Of a stretch of 64,000 nucleotides of DNA, positions 45,101-53,653 are shown one piece after another. The stretch's first letter is position 1, and each line of letters opens with the position of its first letter. The stretch is from positions 87,764 to 151,763 of the forward strand of contig JAZQAZ010000030.1 in NCBI GenBank assembly GCA_045545475.1, given 5' to 3'. Under the pieces are notes generated by a model. It was not told the DNA's origin and ran no database searches. It was given only the letters and a program-made list of their open reading frames with translations. The translations under genes were made by a program, and so were the position numbers. This DNA is from Clostridia bacterium (GTDB lineage: Bacteria; Bacillota; Clostridia; CAKSNL01; HGM11501).

Positions 45101-47758
45101 TTATATAAGCTCTGCTGCACGAAGTGCCGCATCAGTATCAATTTCTTCGCCGAAAGCATAAATTCCGTTACCTAAGTTTCTTACGTCAAAGCCGAACAAA
45201 TCAAACATAAGCATTACGGGAACATAAGCTATTCCGTCAACGTCAACCACCGGGTGCTTAATCTTGATTTTTGCACCGTCAATCGTTGCCTCAAAGGTGC
45301 CGACGGTTGTATAAGCCATACCCTCTTTTGCATCAATCTTAAAGAAGTTACGTTCTCTTTCATAGGTCAAAAGTGTGGTACCGTAGCCTATTGCATCCTT
45401 AAGCATTGTATAGGGAACGTAAGCCGTTCCGTCAATTTCTCTTACACCGTAAGCGGTATTTGCCTCAAAAGCGTCCATAACGCCGCCACGGATAACCGCC
45501 TTGTTAGAGCCTATTTTCACAACGGTTGTGTTTTTAAGGGCTTCTCTGTCTTCTTCAGTTACAGCCTTCTCTTCTATTTCGGAATAAACATAGTTAAATC
45601 TTCCGGTGGGTGCTGTTAAACCTATTATATAGAAATTAAGAATGTCCGAATCGTCGGAATTGTCCGCCCATTTAAATTCGATATCGGTTACATTTCCTAT
45701 TCCGACCAATGCTTTTGCCACCTTAATCTGAAGCTGTTTGCCTGAAAGCACCTGCTCTGATGAGCCGATGGCATTCCAGGTGCCGTTAAAGCTATAAACA
45801 TCGGTATTTACTATTTTATAATCGTAGCCTTCCCAGCCGGTTGCACGGTTTCTGTCAGCGTCGATATAAAGCGCCATCCAGTTATTGCCCTCGGGAGCAG
45901 TTATATCGCTTTCGCAAATGGCAGTAAACCAGATAAATTCATCGTTTCTTGCCGCCTTGGAAGTTTTTATATTGTTTCTTGCAGTTTTGTTTTCATAGTG
46001 ATATTCTGCATAACCTGCAATATCTCTGTGGTATACGCCCTTTACATTGTAGAACGTGGGTGCGACATTATCCCAGGATGCGGGATTTGCCATATCAATG
46101 GTGGTTTTCTCACTTGCAGTGGGTGCGGGACGAACGCCCTTCCACTTGCGGATAGCGTCAACCATCAGCATAAAGCCGTGGTCCTTGTTTTCGTCAACGG
46201 AAATGCCGAGGTCACGGGTTCCGGGAGAATCAAAATGGTCAACGAAGGAGTTTTTGAACTTGCCGATATAGTTTTCGTTTCTTACAGCCGTCCACTCGTT
46301 CCAGCTTGAAAGAATCATAATTCTTGCATCTGTCATAAGTGCACCGGATACCTGCTCTTCAAAGAAGAGGTTATAAACGGAGGCTCCGGACTTCCAGATA
46401 TGTCCGTGGGTTTCGGTGTAGTTTTTGCCTCTTACAAGATGAGGAAGGCTCATAGGCGTAAGGGATGCATCAACGATTGATGCATTTCTTGCGGCAGATA
46501 CGGAAACTGTTTCGGCCTTGCCTTCAGAATCCACGCCAAAGGTTATCTGGGGATAACGGTCGGTAAATGTCCACTTCGTGGGTTTTCTGTCTTTCGTATG
46601 GCTCCAGTCACCCTCACTTCCGCGGAAGGTGAAGAAATTCATAATTTCGTTGTAAAGCTTAACGTCTTCGGGATCGTCCTTATCCAAAAAGTGTGTGAGT
46701 GCTTCTTCGCTCGCCATAATTAATGGCTTGCCCTCGTGATAGTACCACAAATCCTCGTAAAGCCCCTGTTTGTAGAAGGTTAAATAGAGGTATTCAACCA
46801 TATACTTTGTGTCGATAACGGGATATGAAAGGCTGCTTAAAATTGTGAACTTGGGAACGTCAACGCCGCTCTTTTTCGCATCGGAGAAAGCCTCTAAAAA
46901 TACGCCCATATTCCTTCTGAATATGCCTCTTCCGTTACTGTCGTCAAAATACAAAAAGTCAACGCCAGCCTCAGAAAGAAGTTCTGCATCCTTTCTGTAT
47001 ACCCAGTAGTCAACGCCCGTATAGTAGCCGTATAAAGGCTCGCCCCAGAAGTAGTTGGTTTTACCTAAGGGCCATGCGGGGTGAAGGTATCCGTCTTCTT
47101 TATAGGCGTCGGGATACAACTTTTGGTATGTTGTGTTATTTATAACGTTTACGGTATCTTCCTGGTTTACGTTCCATATCCAGTAGAAAAGTCCCACTTC
47201 CTTGCCTTCCTTAACGCCGCCAACCTCGGAATAGTCGGCAACTGCACGGCCAAGGCCGCTTGTTCCTGCCCAGGTATCCGAATAATCGTCTACTATTAAA
47301 TCTTCGGACACGGGAACATAAGCTTCCTTTTCGGGAAGGCTTTCTTCAGAAAGCATTACCTTGCTTACCCAGGATGCTCCCGCAGAGCCATAGGTTGCAA
47401 TTATGTAAAGGTCGTGAACACCTTCTTTATTTATATTGCAACCGAATGTAGCCTCATCTTCCGAATCCATATCAATATAGCCGATGATTTCACCCTTAGG
47501 AGAGTCAATTCTCACTTCGAAAATTTCTCCGTTCCAGTAGCTTGACCAGTTGGCTTTACCGTAGATACTTACGGATTTTTTGCCCGTTAAATCAACATCC
47601 TCAAAAAGAAGATATTCACCTGCCGCCATGCCTACCTTTCCCGTAGCAGGCTTGGTTTTGCCTTCGGACATTTTATCGATTGTAAGCTCTTCGGCACAGA
47701 TTCCCATAACCGAGAAAAGCATTACAAAGGATAAAAGCAATGTTAATACTCTCTTCAT
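45101..47758 (-). CDS. Secreted GH99/GH71-like putative glycosidase (cassette 4)
   Basis: Close paralogue of 37699-40350 (DTWAGTSGLGR, RKDAELLSEAGVD, SWNEW, near-identical C-terminal half). Confidence 0.6.
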   Translation of the reverse strand: MKRVLTLLLSFVMLFSVMGICAEELTIDKMSEGKTKPATGKVGMAAGEYLLFEDVDLTGKKSVSIYGKANWSSYWNGEIFEVRIDSPKGEIIGYIDMDSEDEATFGCNINKEGVHDLYIIATYGSAGASWVSKVMLSEESLPEKEAYVPVSEDLIVDDYSDTWAGTSGLGRAVADYSEVGGVKEGKEVGLFYWIWNVNQEDTVNVINNTTYQKLYPDAYKEDGYLHPAWPLGKTNYFWGEPLYGYYTGVDYWVYRKDAELLSEAGVDFLYFDDSNGRGIFRRNMGVFLEAFSDAKKSGVDVPKFTILSSLSYPVIDTKYMVEYLYLTFYKQGLYEDLWYYHEGKPLIMASEEALTHFLDKDDPEDVKLYNEIMNFFTFRGSEGDWSHTKDRKPTKWTFTDRYPQITFGVDSEGKAETVSVSAARNASIVDASLTPMSLPHLVRGKNYTETHGHIWKSGASVYNLFFEEQVSGALMTDARIMILSSWNEWTAVRNENYIGKFKNSFVDHFDSPGTRDLGISVDENKDHGFMLMVDAIRKWKGVRPAPTASEKTTIDMANPASWDNVAPTFYNVKGVYHRDIAGYAEYHYENKTARNNIKTSKAARNDEFIWFTAICESDITAPEGNNWMALYIDADRNRATGWEGYDYKIVNTDVYSFNGTWNAIGSSEQVLSGKQLQIKVAKALVGIGNVTDIEFKWADNSDDSDILNFYIIGLTAPTGRFNYVYSEIEEKAVTEEDREALKNTTVVKIGSNKAVIRGGVMDAFEANTAYGVREIDGTAYVPYTMLKDAIGYGTTLLTYERERNFFKIDAKEGMAYTTVGTFEATIDGAKIKIKHPVVDVDGIAYVPVMLMFDLFGFDVRNLGNGIYAFGEEIDTDAALRAAELI

Positions 47759-47780
47759 AAAATCCCTTCCTTTTATGTAA

Positions 47781-48677
47781 TTATAAATTAAACAAAATTA
47801 CTGCAGCCGCACCAAGTGCCGCACCCACTATCTGGGTTTTTGTAAATTTTTCCTTATAGAAAATTACGGAGATCAGGAACACAAGTAGCAGCTTTGTTCC
47901 CGTGATAATCACGCTTGACCTTGAAATTAAGAACATTGTGTTTATAATGAGCGATGTCATATTTGTAAGGCCGTTAAAGGCACCTGCTCCGATTGCATAA
48001 AGATTACCCTTTGCATAAAGCGGCTTTAGCCCGTTTTTCTCCTTTATAAGACCGATTGCAATTAAGGCCACTGCAGAAAAGCCAAGAGCCATAACCATAA
48101 ATTCGTTGTCATACTGTGCCGAAAAAACCTTCTGCTGAATTCTCTGCACCACGCCGTACATACCGGAGCCCACAAAGGATAATATAATGCAGATAAGCCA
48201 ATACACTGTGACAGGCTTCTTTTCGCCCTGTCCCCTGCCCTTTATAAGATAAATGGAAATAGCCAGCACAGCAAAGCCGATATATGTAAATACGGAAGAA
48301 TCCTCGGTTTCGCCCTGAATGATAAGCCCGTAGAGGATTTTGAAAACCAGGGCATATGACAAAATCAGGTTTGAAAGTGCATATGAGCCTTTGGAGAAAG
48401 CCTCATAGGTTAAAACCGATGCCATTCCGTATAAAAATCCGCCAAGGATGGAAAACATTAAAATTTCAGGCTTAAATGTAAAAACACCGTCCGTAAGCAA
48501 ATCCTTTATAAGGAAGAATGCCATGGAAAACAAAGATACAATACCCGTGAAAACAAATCCTCCGCTGTATTTCCTGCCGTGTTTTTTTACTACCAGTCCT
48601 TCACCTATGCTTGTGGAAACACAGGCAAGCATCACCAAGTAGGGTATATAATTCACCTTTATCACCTCATATATCAT
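47781..48677 (-). CDS. DMT/EamA-like membrane transporter
   Basis: About 10 hydrophobic segments in two halves; ISVIFYKEKFTKTQIVGAALG C-terminal motif. Confidence 0.75.
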   Translation of the reverse strand: MIYEVIKVNYIPYLVMLACVSTSIGEGLVVKKHGRKYSGGFVFTGIVSLFSMAFFLIKDLLTDGVFTFKPEILMFSILGGFLYGMASVLTYEAFSKGSYALSNLILSYALVFKILYGLIIQGETEDSSVFTYIGFAVLAISIYLIKGRGQGEKKPVTVYWLICIILSFVGSGMYGVVQRIQQKVFSAQYDNEFMVMALGFSAVALIAIGLIKEKNGLKPLYAKGNLYAIGAGAFNGLTNMTSLIINTMFLISRSSVIITGTKLLLVFLISVIFYKEKFTKTQIVGAALGAAAVILFNL

Positions 48678-48792
48678 AGTATAGGAAAAATCTTCGTTTG
48701 TAAATGGAAAAATTCCCTTTTTATACTTAAAAAAGGTGTTTTTTCTTGATTTTTATATATTGGGGGTGTATAATTTTCACGAGGTGAGTTTT

Positions 48793-49602
48793 ATGAGTGA
48801 GCTTATTCATACCCCCGGGCTTGAGCCTGACTACTCGGAAAGTCTTACTGTTTACAACTTTATCTATGAGACAGAGTTTCATAAGCTTAAACAACCACTT
48901 TTCACAAAAGAATACAAGGTTTTCCTGGTTACAAACGGAAGCGGAACATTGACGGTCAACGAAAAAAGCTTCCCTCTTTTTGAAAGCTGTGTTTTCTTTG
49001 TGTATGAAGAAACCGCCTTTGAGCTTTCCGGCTCCTCCGACTTTGAATATATGCATATATCCTTCAAGGGCGAACATATCCCCGAAATGCTGAAAAGCTT
49101 CAACATTTCCCCCGACGAGCCTGTTTATTACAACCTTGCACCCTTAAAGGAGTTTTGGTTTTCCTCCCATCAGAGGGCGAGAAAGGCATATTATATCGCC
49201 ATTACCAAGGGAACGCTGTTTTACACCATTTCCTTTTTAACGCCTGAGCATAAAAATCCCGACTTTAAGGACAAGGATTTATACGGTCTTATTTTCAGCT
49301 ATATAAACGCCCACTATACCGAGCTTGATTTCTGCCTTAAAAAGGTGGCATACACCTTTTCCTATACTCCGAAATATCTTTCTGCTGTGTTTTACAAGGA
49401 AAAGGGGCTTTGCTTTAAGGACTATCTTGCACAAAAGAGGATAAACCACGCCCTTTCCCTGATTGAACGTGACAATTTAACGTCAATATCTGAAATTGCT
49501 ACCCTATCCGGCTTTTCCGACCCGTTATATTTTTCAAAGGTATTTAAGAAAGTCACCAAATATACCCCCTCGGACTTTATCGCTAATCATAAAAAGAAGT
49601 AG
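48793..49602 (+). CDS. AraC family transcriptional regulator
   Basis: C-terminal double HTH (PKYLSAVF..RINHALSL..ISEIATLSGFSDPLYFSKVFKK..TPSDF); ATG 48793 behind GAGGTG. Confidence 0.9.
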   Translation: MSELIHTPGLEPDYSESLTVYNFIYETEFHKLKQPLFTKEYKVFLVTNGSGTLTVNEKSFPLFESCVFFVYEETAFELSGSSDFEYMHISFKGEHIPEMLKSFNISPDEPVYYNLAPLKEFWFSSHQRARKAYYIAITKGTLFYTISFLTPEHKNPDFKDKDLYGLIFSYINAHYTELDFCLKKVAYTFSYTPKYLSAVFYKEKGLCFKDYLAQKRINHALSLIERDNLTSISEIATLSGFSDPLYFSKVFKKVTKYTPSDFIANHKKK

Positions 49603-49623
49603 GGAAGGGATTTATCCCTTCCG
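49599..49623 (+). repeat. Dispersed GTAG-type REP overlapping the AraC stop codon
   Basis: GTAGGGAAGGGATTTATCCCTTCCG, 25/25 identical to the reverse complement of 42111-42135. Confidence 0.85.
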
Positions 49624-49644
49624 CTTATGTGGTTTATAACATAT

Positions 49645-49681
49645 AAAAAGGAGCCGAAAGCAGAAGCTTTCGGCACTTTTT
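49645..49681. terminator. Bidirectional terminator
   Basis: AAAAAGGAGCCGAAAGC-AGAA-GCTTTCGGCACTTTTT. Confidence 0.75.
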
Positions 49682-49682
49682 A

Positions 49683-52600
49683 TTACTTAAAGAATCTTAT
49701 AACGGGGGATGTTATAATTCCCGTGGGTTTAACCATATAGTCATAGGTAAAGTTTGTTCCTGCAGCATAGTAGCAGCCCGGGTCTCTCCATATTTCGTCG
49801 CTGGAATTATGAAGTGCACCGAAGGTGTTGAAGCGATTTCCGTAAAGTACAAATTCCACCTTGTGATGGCCTTTCTTGATTTCGGTCATTACGTTGTAGG
49901 GCATAATTACGATGTTGCCAAGGTCAACTCCGTCAAGGATAACCTTTACGAATTCGCCTCTGTAGTAGTTTGTGATAAATTCAACTTTGCAGTCTTCCTC
50001 TGCGTCAAATTCCGCAAAGTAGGAAACGTTTCCGCCGTAGAATGGCATTCTGTAGTTTGTAATTGAGCCGAAGGAAATTTTTTCCTTGTTTTCGCATATG
50101 GTCTTAGTTGCACCCTCAAGCTCAACACCGAAATCTCCTATCAGGAAGTAGTTTTCAAGGCTTACTCTCTTTCCGATGGGGGCAGTTACCACAATTTCGT
50201 TTGTTCCCTTTTTAATCATGGGAATTTTTGCTGTGTGAATGTCCTTATCAACGAAATATCCGTCTTTTACGATTTTTATTTCTTCGCCGTTTACCTTAAG
50301 GGAATCCATTTCCTCAAAGGCTATGCGACAGGGTGTGTCAATTTCACTTTCCACCTTGAAGGTAAGTGTAACTTCCTCGTTTTTACTGTCCTCGGGATAT
50401 ACCCAGGGCTGTGTTCCGCATCCGTCAGCACGGCGGATTCCCAGAGGCTTACGAAGTGCGGTATCAAGACGGAGCATTTCTTCGGGAGTTGTTATCTCGG
50501 TTTCACCCATTTTAGCGGTTGCAATGTCCATAATATAAACATTGTCCTCGTGGCGGCGATAGGAAACCTTTTCCGTTATTCTCATTTCCTTTATAAATTC
50601 AAGAGGCTTTGCCTCTTCCGTAAAGGAGCCTTCCTCAGAAGGTGTAAGCATAAACAAAAGTGAATCGTAAATATACATGGTTTTAGGAATTACGGTATAG
50701 CCGTCCTTTGCCACGTAGGTACATTCCTTCATTTCGCCTGTTAATGCATCAAGAAGCACGGGCTTATAGTTACCCTTTATCTTTACTCTTATGCCTTCAG
50801 CTTCAACGGTGTCACGGAAGTTCTGACGCTGAATCTTTCTGTATATGGGATTTGCCTTTTTATAGAGGGACTCTCTTCTTCCGTTTGCGATGAAGAGGTA
50901 TTTTACGTCCCCGTCCTTTCTCATATTGTAAAGGTAGCGGTCGGAGCCTGCACCGTCATCCTTTCTTATTTCAATATCACGCTGATCCTTTAAGGCATTT
51001 AATATATCAATCTTGTTAAAGTCAACCTTAGTGGAAAGAGCAGTAAGTGAAGCTACGCCTTCCTTTTCCTGGCCGTCTATATAGATGGGGGCATCCCCTG
51101 CGATTATTACCTTTCCGCCGCGAGAAGCAAAGTCCTTAAGGATTGAAAGCGTGGTGCTTCTTATTGTCTTAAGTGCGGGAAGCACAACGGCGTCATATTC
51201 CATTTCGCCCACTTTAAGTCCGCCTGCACTCTCCTTTACCTGAGTGGGAAGGAGTGATTCTGAGATATAGTCAAAGTCCATCTGACCGAAAAGAAGCCAC
51301 TCTGTAATATTGTCAAAGTTTGCCTCAAGCTTTGTCATTTCATCGGAGGACAAATCGTTGGGACCGTATGCAAGCCAAGCACTTTCAACGGGGTGGATTA
51401 CAGCAACCTTAACGTCAGCCTTACCCTTGGTAAGTGCGGTATTTACTCTTGCAAAATAGTTTTCAATCCAGGGATATTCCTTATACCAGGGTGCCTGATA
51501 GTTAAAGGTTGCGGGATAGTCTCGCTTTGCCATACCCTTCATTGATACCCAGGAAAGATGGGGAACTCTCACAGTTACGCCGAGAGCCGCCTGCCAGTCG
51601 CCTGAAATTTTATAGGTTCTGAAATCGCAGTCCCAGTCGGTTACGCCGTAAAGCTCGGAAACCTGTGACTCTCTGCCGTACTGATTTTTAACGGACTGTG
51701 CCTGCTTTGCGGTGGTGTATTCACGAAGGTCGCAAAGCATATCAATTCCGGGGATTCCGAAATGGGACAAGCTTCGCATAACTTCGCCGCAGGAATTTGT
51801 CTGAGTTTTTAAAAGTGGCTCTGATAACATATGCCCCGTAAGGCTTATATCGTGATCATCACACCAGGTGCCAATCTGCTTTGCATAGGCGTTGGCAAAA
51901 CGCTCCGCCGTGTGGTCGTGATAGCAGTATCTTACATAAGAGGGTTTATTATCGGGGAGATTCCACACAACTTCGGGAAGGCGGGGAATAAGCGAAAAGC
52001 CGTACATTTTATTAAAGGTTTCATCAAAATCATATGTCCAGGGAAGGGATAACGCTTTAGGCTCGTGGGAGAAGGCTAAAACCTCTTTTCCCGCAAAGTG
52101 TGGCTCGTCCGTAAAAATGGCGTGGACGGTTTTACCGAAGCTTTCGCCGATTTCCCGGTTATATGCCTCGTGAGTTATATTTATAAACTCTGCCATAGCC
52201 TCATCATTCATAGAGTCAACATAGCCCTGGTCATTGTGCCAGCCGCCGCCAAAGTGGTGCTTTACGAAGGCATACCATTTTTTTCCTTCGGCCTCGGTGT
52301 CGGCATCTATCATTTTATAGCTTTTTAATGTACCGTCTGAATTAAGCACCACATCATAGGCCGCAAGAAGGTAGGGTTTACCGGTTTCGATTGCCTCTTC
52401 ATAGGATACATATTCCTCTTTGGCAGGAGTGAATACTATGTATTTCATACGGTATTTCATATTCTTGGTAACATAACCTCCTGCCTGACCGGATGCCCAG
52501 CGGTCCTCATCGTAAAGCCAGGGAAGAAGGCCGATTTCCTCGCCCTTCTTAACGCAGGATTTTATAAGATGCATAAATTCATCGCTCAGATATTTTGTTG

Positions 52601-52790
52601 CCATACCACTACGAACGTGCATATGATAGCCGCCGAAGCCCATTTCCTTGAAGATTTCAATCTGGCGAAGTAACTCTTCCTCGGAAAGCTGACAATTCCA
52701 GGACCAGAAGGGTGCTCCCCTGTATTCAGAGCCGGGGTTTTTAAAAAGCTCGGACGATAAATTTTTTTCCTTATTACCCTTGTATAACAT
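49683..52790 (-). CDS. GH106-like cytoplasmic glycoside hydrolase (alpha-L-rhamnosidase-like fold)
   Basis: FKNP..YRGAPFWSWN, GFGGYHMH.RSG, WLYDEDRWASG, IFTDEP, TGHMLSE, PGIDML, SELYG. Confidence 0.7.
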   Translation of the reverse strand: MLYKGNKEKNLSSELFKNPGSEYRGAPFWSWNCQLSEEELLRQIEIFKEMGFGGYHMHVRSGMATKYLSDEFMHLIKSCVKKGEEIGLLPWLYDEDRWASGQAGGYVTKNMKYRMKYIVFTPAKEEYVSYEEAIETGKPYLLAAYDVVLNSDGTLKSYKMIDADTEAEGKKWYAFVKHHFGGGWHNDQGYVDSMNDEAMAEFINITHEAYNREIGESFGKTVHAIFTDEPHFAGKEVLAFSHEPKALSLPWTYDFDETFNKMYGFSLIPRLPEVVWNLPDNKPSYVRYCYHDHTAERFANAYAKQIGTWCDDHDISLTGHMLSEPLLKTQTNSCGEVMRSLSHFGIPGIDMLCDLREYTTAKQAQSVKNQYGRESQVSELYGVTDWDCDFRTYKISGDWQAALGVTVRVPHLSWVSMKGMAKRDYPATFNYQAPWYKEYPWIENYFARVNTALTKGKADVKVAVIHPVESAWLAYGPNDLSSDEMTKLEANFDNITEWLLFGQMDFDYISESLLPTQVKESAGGLKVGEMEYDAVVLPALKTIRSTTLSILKDFASRGGKVIIAGDAPIYIDGQEKEGVASLTALSTKVDFNKIDILNALKDQRDIEIRKDDGAGSDRYLYNMRKDGDVKYLFIANGRRESLYKKANPIYRKIQRQNFRDTVEAEGIRVKIKGNYKPVLLDALTGEMKECTYVAKDGYTVIPKTMYIYDSLLFMLTPSEEGSFTEEAKPLEFIKEMRITEKVSYRRHEDNVYIMDIATAKMGETEITTPEEMLRLDTALRKPLGIRRADGCGTQPWVYPEDSKNEEVTLTFKVESEIDTPCRIAFEEMDSLKVNGEEIKIVKDGYFVDKDIHTAKIPMIKKGTNEIVVTAPIGKRVSLENYFLIGDFGVELEGATKTICENKEKISFGSITNYRMPFYGGNVSYFAEFDAEEDCKVEFITNYYRGEFVKVILDGVDLGNIVIMPYNVMTEIKKGHHKVEFVLYGNRFNTFGALHNSSDEIWRDPGCYYAAGTNFTYDYMVKPTGIITSPVIRFFK

Positions 52791-52801
52791 ATTATGCCTC
52801 C

Positions 52802-53596
52802 TCAGATTTTTATTTTAAGAAGTTTTTCTGCATTTTTATAAAACATCTTTTCGTTGTCTTTCTTCGAAAAGCCCATAGCAATTAATTTTTTAACCGTCCC
52901 CTCGGGGTTATGCATCGGAAAGTCGGAGCCGAATAAAACCTTGTCCGTTCCGTGATTTTTTATAATCCGCTTTGCCTGCTCACTATCCATAAAGTCGATG
53001 GAGCTTGAAGCATCGAAGTAAAGGTTTTCATATTTTCCGACCAGCGCTTCCTCTGCCCTGTCCCATACGCTGTAGCCGCCAAGGTGTGCCGCAATTACCG
53101 TTAAATCGGGGTATTTTTCACATATATTGGCAACTCTTTCGGGCGCGGACAAATCAGACTTTGTGTCACCAACGTGAAATAAAATAGGAAGTCTTCCCCT
53201 TGCCGCCTCGTAAATGGAAAGTGCCTTCTCTTCATCAATGGCAAAGCCCTGAAAATCCGTGTGAAGCTTTATTCCAAGAAGCCCAAGCTTAATGATTCTA
53301 TCCACTTCGCCTTTTATATCCTCATAGTCTGCGTGCATCGTTCCGAAGCCTACGAATTCTTCGTTTTCCGAAACTAAAGATGCTATGTAGCTATTTATAT
53401 GCTCAACCTGGTCAGCCCTTGTGGCTGTGGAGTGGATAAGGCATTTTGTGATTATGCCTTTTTTAAGCTCCTTTTTAATGTTTTCCACACTTCCTATGCT
53501 GTACATTGAAACACCGTAATAATTTCCCGTAGAAAGGGTTGCCTTTTCGGCTATCTTTTCGGGAAAAACGTGGACGTGTGCGTCAAAAATCTTCAT
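52802..53596 (-). CDS. Amidohydrolase_2 family TIM-barrel metallohydrolase
   Basis: DAHVH, GIKLH, LFHVG, AAHLGG, FGSDFP. Confidence 0.9.
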   Translation of the reverse strand: MKIFDAHVHVFPEKIAEKATLSTGNYYGVSMYSIGSVENIKKELKKGIITKCLIHSTATRADQVEHINSYIASLVSENEEFVGFGTMHADYEDIKGEVDRIIKLGLLGIKLHTDFQGFAIDEEKALSIYEAARGRLPILFHVGDTKSDLSAPERVANICEKYPDLTVIAAHLGGYSVWDRAEEALVGKYENLYFDASSSIDFMDSEQAKRIIKNHGTDKVLFGSDFPMHNPEGTVKKLIAMGFSKKDNEKMFYKNAEKLLKIKI

Positions 53597-53624
53597 AATG
53601 TCACCCTCTTTTAAGAATATCCTA

Positions 53625-53653
53625 ATTATAGTCTTGTCTTTTTATTTTGTCAA
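53625..53653 (-). promoter_or_regulatory. Perfect-consensus sigma-A promoter for amidohydrolase-GH106
   Basis: TTGACA-17bp-TATAAT; the -35 overlaps the TGA stop of the upstream AraC gene. Confidence 0.8.

Noticed and set aside
2732-47758. Canonical cellulosome (cohesin/dockerin) interpretation
   Set aside because: No duplicated dockerin Ca-binding motif or cohesin repeat was recognised in any of these proteins.
2732-47758. Diversity-generating retroelement or shufflon acting on the paralogous cassettes
   Set aside because: No reverse transcriptase or site-specific recombinase is present. All cassettes share one orientation, and the differences inspected are mostly synonymous rather than adenine-specific.
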